Assembly: GCA_902564345.1 (NCBI GenBank)
Contig: CACFAY010000005.1
Span: 1-63,675 of the forward strand
DNA length: 63,675 bases
Origin: an uncultured SAR324 cluster bacterium
Lineage (GTDB): Bacteria; SAR324; NAC60-12
Direction of reading: 5' to 3'
Under the pieces are notes generated by a model, which was not told the DNA's origin, searched no databases, and saw only the letters and a program-made list of their open reading frames with translations. The translations under genes were made by a program, and so were the position numbers. How positions within the stretch are numbered: position 1 is the first letter of the stretch; the number at the start of each line of letters is the position of its first letter. This document shows, in pieces, positions 38,625 to 48,754 of this stretch.

Positions 38625-38737
38625 CTTGGAAGAAAAGATTTCACATTTCCCTAGACTGTATCATTACTCATTTAGTAATGTATGGACAATGTAAATCTTT
38701 TCAATAGAGATCTTCTTTTTAGTAAATTTAAAATTGA

Positions 38738-40861
38738 TTAGCTAAATTGATTGACATTTACTTGGCTATCATCAACAAACGGTTTTAGAATGCCCTCAAA
38801 ACGTTTGGGAATGTAAGACATGTTATAACTGTTGTCATAATAATGAAGACGCTCCACTCTGTAAAGATTTGCTAGGTTAAATGTCTTTTCCTGTTCTTTT
38901 AACTCATAGTATTTATCAGCAATTTTTGCAGCAAGGATTAGCCCGTCCAATAAAGCGAGATAATAGTCTATAAGTTTTATATTTATTGATTTGAAAATTT
39001 TTTCTTCATCATTATAGACTTCCTCAAAAAATTTTAATAACAGGGTTCTGTTAATATTTGGAATTATACCATACTGTTTTTGAGTCTCTTTCGGTTTAAA
39101 TAATTTAGGATTGGAATCAACAAATTCAGCAAAGTCGATTAATTGGAAATTATTGTTACCGTAAAGGAATAAAACCATCAAATCTTTTCCATTTTTAAAA
39201 TGTGCAAAAAAATTGGACGTTTGACTGAATGCAATTTGACGTTTTAGAGTAATTCCTGTGAAACAATGTAACCCACTATCTGTTGTAAATTGGTATGCAT
39301 GGGCATCCGTATCATCATCTGCAAAACCTGCAGCTACTGCGTAATCTCCTAATGGAGTCCCTGGGAAAGGAGAGTATAGTGCGTTCCAATAGTAATCTTC
39401 TTTTCCGAAGTATGATTTACATACAAGTTCCAAACAAGATAAAGACTCTTGAATAGGATCATTGTAATAATGTTCTTGTCCATCTTTGTCAATCAGTGAA
39501 AGTTTGTTTTGAATTGGGTTTAATAATTTGGAAGGTCTTAATACAGGGAGTCCAATAATGCACTGTGTTCTTAATGGAATGCTACTTTCTTTTACATTAT
39601 TAATTGCGTCAAGAATGGTATCATTGCTTTCATGGCGATCGAGGAGGAGTTTTCTAATTTTAGGGTCCCCTGACTCAATTGCCATTGAAATACCTGCAAC
39701 AAGTCCTTTATCTGAAATCAATTTAATTCTCTGCTTGCCTTTTTTCCCAGCTAGCATTGCGGGTCTGGCCTGAATGTAAAAAGGTATTCCTACCCTATCC
39801 ACCCAAAGATTTTTCAACTGCTCCCACCAATGCATATTATTTAAGGAAATATCTGCCTGATCAAATACAGCTGTTGTTTTTACACCATAAATTTTATCCA
39901 AAGCAAGTATCTCTTCTCCTTCTTGAACAACGGTTTCTATCAATCGGTCTTGAATTATACTAGGGGGCCTCACGCCTACTTCACTATATGCTTCACGTAA
40001 ATTATCTATTAGAGAGCTCACATAACAATAAGTACATGAATAACTACATCCTAAAGCAGTCAAGACTGATTTAATCTTACTTAACGCATATTTTTTTGTT
40101 TTATCCGAAAATTCAAAAGTATCCCTATAAAAATTTTCTCTGTCCATTCTAGGAATATTAGCGTAAGGCATAGGATCATGATAAATCCCTGGATCATATA
40201 GACCCAGTAATATATCTCTGAAAATATTTATCCCTTTTCCTCGAACGATATATTCTCCCCCTCTATCCCATGAATCTTTAAAGTTGTAGTTATTATAATG
40301 CCCGCCAATAATGATCGGAGCATAAACCAATTTATTACCCTCAAAAACAGGCCCTTTAGCTTCTCGAACCATTCCTTTTAAGAGTTTATCTGCAGTTTTA
40401 AAATCCAAAATATTTTTCTTTGTAATAGATCTTGCTTTATCAATTTTATATTTAACAATCCATTCGAAGACATATTTTGTCAATCCTGTATAAAGGCTAA
40501 TTCCAAGCCATTCTGGCTGATTTTTTTCTATTGCTTCAAAAGTGAGATGAATATTGTGAGGTCCGACCAATAAGTAATAGGGAACTCCATTCATTTCTCT
40601 AATTACTCCACCTAATGACATCAATGTAATATTCTCAATCTCACTCATATCATGAGCCATTAGCAAGACCTTGGGATGAAAAGATGGAAGTACTGAAGCC
40701 AAATGGGTTTTATAGCCTTCCCAATTAGTAGTCACGTGTGCTGGAGCATAAAGAGTATTTTTATATTTGGTAAGATCTTTAATTATTGGTAGTTCGAAAG
40801 AAATGGGAAATCCCATCGGATTTTCCAAAATATCTTTACTTTTCGGTAGTGCATTCAACAT
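38738..40861 (-). CDS. B12-binding-domain radical SAM enzyme with ~250-aa C-terminal extension
   Basis: CSYSCTYC (CX3CX2C) preceded by a Rossmann-like B12-domain region (IIIGGHY). Confidence 0.7.
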   Translation of the reverse strand: MLNALPKSKDILENPMGFPISFELPIIKDLTKYKNTLYAPAHVTTNWEGYKTHLASVLPSFHPKVLLMAHDMSEIENITLMSLGGVIREMNGVPYYLLVGPHNIHLTFEAIEKNQPEWLGISLYTGLTKYVFEWIVKYKIDKARSITKKNILDFKTADKLLKGMVREAKGPVFEGNKLVYAPIIIGGHYNNYNFKDSWDRGGEYIVRGKGINIFRDILLGLYDPGIYHDPMPYANIPRMDRENFYRDTFEFSDKTKKYALSKIKSVLTALGCSYSCTYCYVSSLIDNLREAYSEVGVRPPSIIQDRLIETVVQEGEEILALDKIYGVKTTAVFDQADISLNNMHWWEQLKNLWVDRVGIPFYIQARPAMLAGKKGKQRIKLISDKGLVAGISMAIESGDPKIRKLLLDRHESNDTILDAINNVKESSIPLRTQCIIGLPVLRPSKLLNPIQNKLSLIDKDGQEHYYNDPIQESLSCLELVCKSYFGKEDYYWNALYSPFPGTPLGDYAVAAGFADDDTDAHAYQFTTDSGLHCFTGITLKRQIAFSQTSNFFAHFKNGKDLMVLFLYGNNNFQLIDFAEFVDSNPKLFKPKETQKQYGIIPNINRTLLLKFFEEVYNDEEKIFKSINIKLIDYYLALLDGLILAAKIADKYYELKEQEKTFNLANLYRVERLHYYDNSYNMSYIPKRFEGILKPFVDDSQVNVNQFS

Positions 40862-41138
40862 AAATATTTTTGATTTAATAATTTAGTATTTCAAAACTAT
40901 AATATATTTGAACCCTTATATCTGGAAACGTTATATTGTGATCCTAATACAATCAAAATTGTACATAATTTTAAATTAAATAGGTTTTTCCTCAAACAAA
41001 TTCATGGATGAGCAAAAATTTAAAATAAGGATACATCTAAAATTCAAGAAAAAATAACATTTGTTATAAAAACTATAACTATTTTAAGACGATGTAAGGA
41101 TACGAAATAATAAAAATAGAGGGAGAAAATAAAAAATA

Positions 41139-42311
41139 TTATTCATTCAGTAGTGGTTTTATTTTATTCCATACATCATCAACTCTAACATTCGAGATAC
41201 ATGGAGTAGGTTCTCCCTTCTTTATCTTATATATGCACTGCCAATTACAACCATAACAAGGCATTTCGTGGAAAACCACCTCCATGTTGTTTTCTTGACC
41301 ATTTATATCAGGATAAGGCAAAAAGCGGCCGAAATGACCGCCTCCTAAAATGCATACTGACTTAGTTCCTACAGCAGAGGATATGAAAACTGCGCCGGTG
41401 TCATTACTAATCGTAAGTCGACTTTTGCTTAACAAACCTGCTAATTCTGGTAACGATGTCTGACCGGATAAATTTTGAAGAGGAGCTTTAGATAGTTCTC
41501 TAATTTGTTCTCCCAAAAAATGCTCTTTTTTGACTCCACAAATAATACCATTCCAGCCAGTTTGTTTATATACTTTAGTAGCAAGACTTGAGAAACATGA
41601 GGGGGGCCATTCTTTCCCTAAAACACTTCCACTTGTCCCAGGTACAAGCACGTAAAATGTTTGATCTTTAAGTTCTGAAGTTATGAAAAATTCGGGGATC
41701 TTTATCCTAGGGAAACTGGCGAAGTATGGAGAACTTGAAAGCCCTGAAAAAAATTCTGCGTTTCTTTCTAATTCTGTCATGGGATCGGGAGAGGCTGGTA
41801 TTAAATCTGTGTGCCAGCGATCTGACAAAATCTTTTTTAACCAATTCCGATTACTCATATCTCCGTCAGAACTAACTTTTCGACGGGCCCGACTAGCTCT
41901 AATTAATGCATCACCATTATAAAATTCACGAGAGAAAGTGGGCTGTATTGCTGTTTCAATCTTCAATTTGCGGATTTTCCTTAGCATTTTCCAACGGTAT
42001 CTAGAAAAAGTTTTGAATTGTTTTACATTTACTTGAATAACTTTATCCCAATATGGAAGCTGCATTGCTAAACTACACCACAATTCATTGCCAATTAGCA
42101 CTAATTCGTATTTCTCAGGAGGATATAATTTTCGGTATTCCTTTGCGGTATCCAGCCACATCACAAAATCACCAATCGCATCTTGGCGAATTATAAGTAT
42201 CAATTTTAGTTGATTACTACCAGAAGATCGGACATTAGACAGTGCTAAACTATCAAATAAGAAAAACAGTAGTGCCTTTACAAATATCAGGGATGGTTTG
42301 ATGAGAGTCAT
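41139..42311 (-). CDS. Glycosyltransferase family 9 (heptosyltransferase-like)
   Basis: ILIIRQDAIGDFVM, ISNDTGAVFISSAVGTKSVCILGG. Confidence 0.75.
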   Translation of the reverse strand: MTLIKPSLIFVKALLFFLFDSLALSNVRSSGSNQLKLILIIRQDAIGDFVMWLDTAKEYRKLYPPEKYELVLIGNELWCSLAMQLPYWDKVIQVNVKQFKTFSRYRWKMLRKIRKLKIETAIQPTFSREFYNGDALIRASRARRKVSSDGDMSNRNWLKKILSDRWHTDLIPASPDPMTELERNAEFFSGLSSSPYFASFPRIKIPEFFITSELKDQTFYVLVPGTSGSVLGKEWPPSCFSSLATKVYKQTGWNGIICGVKKEHFLGEQIRELSKAPLQNLSGQTSLPELAGLLSKSRLTISNDTGAVFISSAVGTKSVCILGGGHFGRFLPYPDINGQENNMEVVFHEMPCYGCNWQCIYKIKKGEPTPCISNVRVDDVWNKIKPLLNE

Positions 42312-42531
42312 TAATACTTGAACTTTAGTCTTTCAAATTACTACCCAGTTCATACCGTTGTACTTATTTAAACTAAATAGGTTATTCTCAGCTCAGAATT
42401 TAATTTTATGTCATAAAATTGATAATCTGATATTTTTTGCAAAGATAGTGAGAATTTATTCTGATTGATAACCAGTCCAAAAGATAATAATTGTTTGCTT
42501 CAATATTTTACTCTAATAGATTAGGGTGAAA

Positions 42532-43233
42532 TTATCCCTCTCGATTTGCTACAGTAAAAAACACTGGATCAAGTATTTCTGGATTTGGGTTAGTATTTAT
42601 TGTCCGTAAAAATCTAACTATTTTTCTAAAAAAAAATCGTAGAATTTTTTTTGTAAAAACCTTAGGTGTTTTTTCATATAACTCTTCAAATCCATAACAG
42701 GATGTATTTTTAAATCCAGCAGATAATAAAACTTGATTGAGACTATGCTCTACAAATCCATTAATGTGTGTAATATCGTTAAAGTGGTGTAAATATCCAA
42801 ATGGAGATTGAAGGTTTGGTACTTGAAAAATTACAATTCCACCAATTTTCAATGAATTAAATATTCCTTTCAGAAACGAAATTAACTGATCTTTTGGTAT
42901 GTGTTCCAAAACATCTAAGCAAGTTATTATATCAAATTGTTTTTGATGATCATTAAGCCAAAACTCAGTATCGTCTACCAGCTCGCATGATAAATCTAAT
43001 TTTTTGCAAAACTCAACTGTAGAAGGAGAAATATCAATACCATGATAATTGTGCCCCCATTTTTTCATACAACTAAGCATTTCACCCCGACCAACTCCTA
43101 TATCTAGAGTATTTAAGGAGACACCTTTTTTAAAAAATTTCTTGTAATTTAATTCAAATTGGTGAAACTTAAAATTTGCCTGCTGATGACTGTCAAATGA
43201 GTTTTCTATGTATTTTTCAAAAATTTCCTGCAT
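42532..43233 (-). CDS. Class I SAM-dependent methyltransferase
   Basis: Motif I LDIGVGRGE, motif II DIITCLDVLEHI. Confidence 0.8.
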   Translation of the reverse strand: MQEIFEKYIENSFDSHQQANFKFHQFELNYKKFFKKGVSLNTLDIGVGRGEMLSCMKKWGHNYHGIDISPSTVEFCKKLDLSCELVDDTEFWLNDHQKQFDIITCLDVLEHIPKDQLISFLKGIFNSLKIGGIVIFQVPNLQSPFGYLHHFNDITHINGFVEHSLNQVLLSAGFKNTSCYGFEELYEKTPKVFTKKILRFFFRKIVRFLRTINTNPNPEILDPVFFTVANREG

Positions 43234-44138
43234 TTGAAAATAAATCTATTGTAGATATTTGGATATTCAATATTAAACCTTTCTTGTTCAAATAATTCAT
43301 CATACGATTCTTTTAGATTTTGATAATTCAATTTTACAGTCGAAATTTTATTTATATTTTTCAGTTCTTTTGTATTGGTTGCAAAATTTCCAATTCCAAT
43401 ATTTTCAATTAAATTTATTGGAGGATAAACTGCTTTAAATTTATAATTAGAAAACATAAATCCAAATTGTGCATCCCAAGTATCTATTTCTCCCTGTTCC
43501 ACACCTTTTAAAATACGAGAAATACATATCGCCCCTCTTAGATGTTTAATATGTTGGTATAAAGTTCTTACTTTATAGAAATGATTAAAAGTTTTCATAT
43601 GATACTTATCCCAGACTCTTTTCCATGTACCCCAACCCCATATATGAGGATAATTAGCAATTATAATTCTATCTGTTTTGTCAAGTTTTGGTTCTAAGGG
43701 ATTATATCCGCAAACACATCCTATTTCTGTTCTATTTTTGTATTTGTGCAAGCCAAAATTGATGAATTGAAAAAATTGTTCTGATGGTTTTGTATCATCT
43801 TCTAAAATTATTCCCTTGGTCTCATAATCAAAAAACCAGTCTATGGCTTGACTTACTGCCAGACGGCAACCAAGATTTTGATTTCGGAAAAATGTTTTTA
43901 CTTCACAATTCCAATCTATGTTTTCCAAAATATAATTTCTTACAGATTCTACTTTTTCATTTTCTCTATCATAGTTGTCTCTAGGTCCATCTGCAGCAAT
44001 ATAGAGTCTTGGGGGTTTTGCTTTCTTTATTGATTCAAAAACTAGCTTTGTAGTCTGAATGCGATTAAATACTAAAAACAGTACTGCCGTATTGAGTTTG
44101 TTTGGTGGTTTGAAATCTTGGGTTAAATTGTTTCCCAT
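43206..44138 (-). CDS. GT-A fold nucleotide-diphospho-sugar transferase (GNT-I/HlpA-like)
   Basis: VLFLVFNR...PPRLYIAADGPR, ILEDD acidic motif. Confidence 0.6.
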   Translation of the reverse strand: MGNNLTQDFKPPNKLNTAVLFLVFNRIQTTKLVFESIKKAKPPRLYIAADGPRDNYDRENEKVESVRNYILENIDWNCEVKTFFRNQNLGCRLAVSQAIDWFFDYETKGIILEDDTKPSEQFFQFINFGLHKYKNRTEIGCVCGYNPLEPKLDKTDRIIIANYPHIWGWGTWKRVWDKYHMKTFNHFYKVRTLYQHIKHLRGAICISRILKGVEQGEIDTWDAQFGFMFSNYKFKAVYPPINLIENIGIGNFATNTKELKNINKISTVKLNYQNLKESYDELFEQERFNIEYPNIYNRFIFKCRKFLKNT

Positions 44139-44331
44139 ATTCCTTAAAAATTATATGTTTAAAAAATGCCTTTATGATCTAGTAAAGTCAAAATTACTCA
44201 TAGAGATTATTATATTTTCATTTCTATTCAATTTTAATTCTTGGTTCACATAGAATATTTGAGGTAACAATACAAAAAACCTTATCTAACTATGCTGGGT
44301 TTAAGATAAAAAAATTCACATAGAAGTTTTG

Positions 44332-46227
44332 TTAAAAAATATTAATTTTTTCTAAAATCATATCAACACATTTCTCAGGTTTAGATGTTATAGTATTTAA
44401 CTTAATCTCTGCACTTTCAGGTGGTTCATAGGCACTGTCTATACCAGTGAAGTTTTTCAATTTCCCCGACCTTGCTTTGGCATAAAGGCCTTTTGTATCT
44501 CTTCTTTCACATTCTTCCAAAGGCGTATCGACGAAAATTTCTAAAAACTCGCTTGGATCAAACAATTCGCGGACCATTTGTCTCTCTGCCCTAAATGGTG
44601 AAATAAAACTTACTAGCACAATCAAACCTGCATCAACCATAAGTCTTGCCACCTCAGAAATACGACGCATATTTTCAACCCTATCTTCATTGGTGAATCC
44701 AAGATCCCTGTTGAGTCCATGACGAATATTGTCTCCATCCAACAAATATGTGTGTATGCCGTCTGCATGGAGTTTCTTTTCGACAAGAGAGGCTATCGTT
44801 GATTTTCCTGATCCAGAGAGACCTGTGAACCAGAGGCATTTTGGAGTTTGCATTTTTTGTTTTGCACGCTGTACTTTGTTAACTTGAAGTTTTTGCCAAT
44901 GAATATTAGAAGAACGTCGCAGTGCAAATTTAATTATACCAGCCCCTACTGTATCAAAATTCATTTTGTCAATAAGTATGAACCCCCCCATCAAACGGTT
45001 AGAGGAATATGGTTCAAATACAACTGGCCGATTGGTTGAAAGATTTATTTGGGCGATCTCATTCATTTCAAGCGTTTCTGCTGCCAGGTGTTTACCAGTT
45101 TCAATCTCTTCTTTGAAACGGATCCGAGTTACTTGTGCGTTAACCTCCTGTTGATGAAGGCGCATTAGATATTGTCTTCCAGGTATAAGTGGTTCCTTTG
45201 ACATCCAAATTAGATCGACTTGGAATTGATCTGCTATTTCAGGAGGGTCTTCAGATGCGCAGATAACATCTCCACGGCTTACATCAACCTCGTCTTCCAA
45301 TGTAAGTGTAATTGAAGTATTTTTTGAGGCATTAGATATAGAATTTTTCCACAAATCAACTGAACGCACACTTGATTGAACTCCTGAAGGTAGGATCTTT
45401 ACTAAATCTCCATTACTCACCGAACCTGATGCTATTCTTCCACTAAAACTTCTATAGGATTCATCTGGTCGAATTACTCGCTGAACAGGCATACGAAATG
45501 ATGATTCTTGAGAGCTAGGAACCTTCAGATTATTTGAGGAATTTCTTATTTGAAGCTGATCAAGATATTCTAAAAGGCTTGGTCCAGAGTAAAATGAAAT
45601 TGTTTGATCATTTTCAGTTATATTTACTCCCTTAGTTGCAGATATCGGGATAACCTGAATTTGATTCAAATCATGATCCAAAACAAGGTTTCGAAAGTCT
45701 GAATCTATTTTCTGGAAAACATCTTCTTTATATTGAACTAAATCCATCTTATTAACTGCTATTACTAAATTGCGGATACCCATCAAAGTAACAATTCGAT
45801 AGTGCCTTCTGGTTTGTGCGAGAATACCTTTTTGAGCATCAACCAAAAGAATAGCTAGTTCTGCATTTGATGCAGCTGTGGCCATATTACGGGTGTATTG
45901 TTCATGTCCTGGAGTGTCTGCAACAATATATCGCCGATGTTCTGTCTCAAAAAAGCGGTAGGCAACATCAATTGTGATTCCTTGCTCACGTTCTGCTTTT
46001 AAACCATCAACCAGAAGAGAAAAGTCTAATTCATTCTTATGAGTTCCAAATTTTTCTGAATCCTTCTCCAAAGATTTTAGTTGATCCTCAAACACATTCT
46101 GTGATTCATGCAAAAGTCTGCCTATAAGAGTACTTTTACCATCATCAACGCTGCCACAAGTTATGAGTCTCAAAGTTTTTTTTTGATATTGATTTAAAAG
46201 AAACTCGCTAATATTTTTCATCGACAC
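44332..46227 (-). CDS. cysN: Bifunctional sulfate adenylyltransferase subunit 1 / APS kinase
   Basis: GTPase G1 [22 protein letters not shown]-terminal APS kinase with P-loop GLSGSGKST. Confidence 0.92.
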   Translation of the reverse strand: MSMKNISEFLLNQYQKKTLRLITCGSVDDGKSTLIGRLLHESQNVFEDQLKSLEKDSEKFGTHKNELDFSLLVDGLKAEREQGITIDVAYRFFETEHRRYIVADTPGHEQYTRNMATAASNAELAILLVDAQKGILAQTRRHYRIVTLMGIRNLVIAVNKMDLVQYKEDVFQKIDSDFRNLVLDHDLNQIQVIPISATKGVNITENDQTISFYSGPSLLEYLDQLQIRNSSNNLKVPSSQESSFRMPVQRVIRPDESYRSFSGRIASGSVSNGDLVKILPSGVQSSVRSVDLWKNSISNASKNTSITLTLEDEVDVSRGDVICASEDPPEIADQFQVDLIWMSKEPLIPGRQYLMRLHQQEVNAQVTRIRFKEEIETGKHLAAETLEMNEIAQINLSTNRPVVFEPYSSNRLMGGFILIDKMNFDTVGAGIIKFALRRSSNIHWQKLQVNKVQRAKQKMQTPKCLWFTGLSGSGKSTIASLVEKKLHADGIHTYLLDGDNIRHGLNRDLGFTNEDRVENMRRISEVARLMVDAGLIVLVSFISPFRAERQMVRELFDPSEFLEIFVDTPLEECERRDTKGLYAKARSGKLKNFTGIDSAYEPPESAEIKLNTITSKPEKCVDMILEKINIF

Positions 46228-46352
46228 GGATGGATTAACTGGGGCTAATTTTAATAAAAATAATTTTCATATTCAAAGACAAATCCTTAATTTTAAAATT
46301 CATTTATAGATCAATTATTTGTACAATCGATAAAAAATATTTTAAATTTTTC

Positions 46353-47258
46353 TCAAAAATATCCTTCTCTCTTTTTCTTTTCCATTGAGCCTGCTTCATC
46401 ACTATCAATGAGACGTCCTTCTCGCTCTGAGGTTTTAGCCTTCATCGTTTCAAGAACAATTTCTTCCAATGTAGAGGCATTACTCTCAATTGCACCTGTT
46501 AAGGGATAGCACCCCAGTGTACGAAAACGAACGGATTTCATTTGTGGTTTTTCTCCGGTTTCCAAGGGAATTCTTTCATCATCAACCATTATCAAAGTTT
46601 CATTCCGATATACTATGGGCCTTTCTTTTGCGAAATATAAAGGAACAATTGAGATTTTTTCCTGCAGAAGATATTGCCAGACGTCTTTCTCAGTCCAGTT
46701 TGAAAGTGGAAAAACTCTCATGGTTTGTCCATTATTAAGCTTAGTGTTATAAAGATTCCATAGTTCAGGACGCTGAGCTTTAGGATCCCAGTTATGACCC
46801 TCAGAACGAAAAGAGAAAACGCGTTCTTTGGCACGAGATTTTTCTTCATCCCTTCTGGCTCCCCCTAAAATGACATCATAACCCCCTATTTCCAGAACTT
46901 GACGAAGTGCCTGAGTTTTCATCACATCTGTATAATAGTTTGAACTATGGGTAAATGGACTTATTCCTGCTTTTACGCCTTCTTGATTGGTATGTACAAT
47001 TAGTTCCATTCCTGAATCGCGAGCAATTTGATTACGAAAATTATACATTTCCTTGAATTTCCATGTTGTATCTACATGTAGAAGGGGAAGGGGTGGCGAT
47101 GCAGGATAAAATGACTTTAAAGCTAATTGAAGCATCACAGAAGAATCCTTACCTATCGAATATAGCATTACTGGATTCTTAGCTCCAGCAATGGCTTCTC
47201 TTATAATTTCAATAGATTCAGCTTCCAGAAATTCTAGGTGACTAAGATTAGAATCCAT
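46353..47258 (-). CDS. cysD: Sulfate adenylyltransferase subunit 2
   Basis: PAPS-reductase-fold [10 protein letters not shown]. Full-length CysD-like. Confidence 0.92.
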   Translation of the reverse strand: MDSNLSHLEFLEAESIEIIREAIAGAKNPVMLYSIGKDSSVMLQLALKSFYPASPPLPLLHVDTTWKFKEMYNFRNQIARDSGMELIVHTNQEGVKAGISPFTHSSNYYTDVMKTQALRQVLEIGGYDVILGGARRDEEKSRAKERVFSFRSEGHNWDPKAQRPELWNLYNTKLNNGQTMRVFPLSNWTEKDVWQYLLQEKISIVPLYFAKERPIVYRNETLIMVDDERIPLETGEKPQMKSVRFRTLGCYPLTGAIESNASTLEEIVLETMKAKTSEREGRLIDSDEAGSMEKKKREGYF

Positions 47259-47413
47259 ATTTAAATAATAATTTTAAAAGATGTATTTTTTTAATTGATG
47301 AGAAAATTTATCGTATATTAATTGCTTTTTTCAAAATTAAAAAAAGTGCCAGTAAGTTTGGAGATTAGGACTTAAATACCCTTACTTTGCATCAACATTT
47401 ATTTACAACTTAG

Positions 47414-48721
47414 TTAATGAAAGATTCTTTTGTAAGCACCATATGCGTTTAAGGAATTTATCACTTTCCAACAATTCTTTCTCGTTTTACCAAAAAAAGA
47501 CAAACCTAAAAAGGATACTGTCCCTTGAGCTAATAATGTTGCAATAGCAGCTCCTTTGATGCCGTGTATAGGGATAAGCCACAAATTGCATCCCACATTT
47601 ACTATCGCTCCAAGGGTTGTTATGTAAAATGAATAATGTTGAAGGTTTTCTGCAACTAACCATTTTGAACTAGCAACACCAAGTGATACAAAAACTACTG
47701 CCCAAATATATATACGAAGAACATCAGCTGCTTCCTGAAAATCTGTTCCATAAAGAAGCAAAATAATCCAATTAGAAACTAGTGTGGTCGGAATAGCAAT
47801 TATAACAGACCCCCAAACCATTAAATCATAGAGTTTTTGGATTCTCTGTTCATAAATTTTTTCACTTTTTTTTCTTGCATAAACAACAGCAGGAAAAAGA
47901 GAAGCCATAAGAGCAGTTGGAATAAAATACAAAGTTTCACAAAGTCTCACTGCTGCAGCATAAACTCCAACTGCTTTTGTATTCAGCATTTCCTTAAGCA
48001 TTACTTGGTCAATTTTCATGTATACCAAAACAACCATACCTGTAAAAATTAATGGCCATCCGTCTCTGATTAGCAACTTTGTCTTTTCCCAATTAAAGTA
48101 AAGAAAAGGAAATTTTTTTACCTTCCATTTGTACAAATACAAAAACAAAATAGCAATTAGAGCTTGATCAAGCATTAATGCTAATGCAAACCAAAGCAAA
48201 TTAGCTTTACTCCAGACTAAATATATTTTGAAAATTGAAGTTATTAATAATTGAACAACTTGTGCCCGAACAATAAATTTAGATTGAACTTTTGCTTGAA
48301 AATAAAACTCTACAACATTGGTGGCCTGAAATAGGAATCCTAATATAATTATAGAAATCAACAATAATGTTAGTTGATCCTCTGATTTAAATATAAGTAC
48401 TACCGTAACGGTAAGGCCCATTAAACCAAAACCGCATACTTTTAGCCAAAGAGCAGTTGCGATTAAATTTTGACTGTTTTCAGGCTGATTAACTAATTCT
48501 CTTACAAGAATATCGTTTAAACCTAATGAAGCTAGGGAGCTGAATAGCCAAACAAAGCTTAGAGCGTAACTCAGTAAACCAAAACGCTCAGGTCCCAGAT
48601 AACGAGCCACATAAATTCCAACAAATAGAGAAATTGTCATACGAAAGACTCTTTCTCCAAGAAGCCAAGAAGTGTTTGCAAAATATTTGCGGAATCCTTT
48701 ATTACTCAAAAATTGACTCAT
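47414..48721 (-). CDS. Wzx-type oligosaccharide flippase (MOP superfamily)
   Basis: About 12 TM segments. N-terminus ...LLGERVFRMTISLFVGIYVARYLGPERFG. Confidence 0.75.
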   Translation of the reverse strand: MSQFLSNKGFRKYFANTSWLLGERVFRMTISLFVGIYVARYLGPERFGLLSYALSFVWLFSSLASLGLNDILVRELVNQPENSQNLIATALWLKVCGFGLMGLTVTVVLIFKSEDQLTLLLISIIILGFLFQATNVVEFYFQAKVQSKFIVRAQVVQLLITSIFKIYLVWSKANLLWFALALMLDQALIAILFLYLYKWKVKKFPFLYFNWEKTKLLIRDGWPLIFTGMVVLVYMKIDQVMLKEMLNTKAVGVYAAAVRLCETLYFIPTALMASLFPAVVYARKKSEKIYEQRIQKLYDLMVWGSVIIAIPTTLVSNWIILLLYGTDFQEAADVLRIYIWAVVFVSLGVASSKWLVAENLQHYSFYITTLGAIVNVGCNLWLIPIHGIKGAAIATLLAQGTVSFLGLSFFGKTRKNCWKVINSLNAYGAYKRIFH

Positions 48722-48754
48722 TAATTTTATGAAGTTTGAGATTGCGTGAACAAT

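Noticed and set aside
38674-38692. Hairpin CATTACT-cattt-AGTAATG between the convergent uvrB and the radical SAM gene.
   Set aside because: The 7-bp stem is AT-rich and there is no flanking U-tract. This is too weak to call a terminator.
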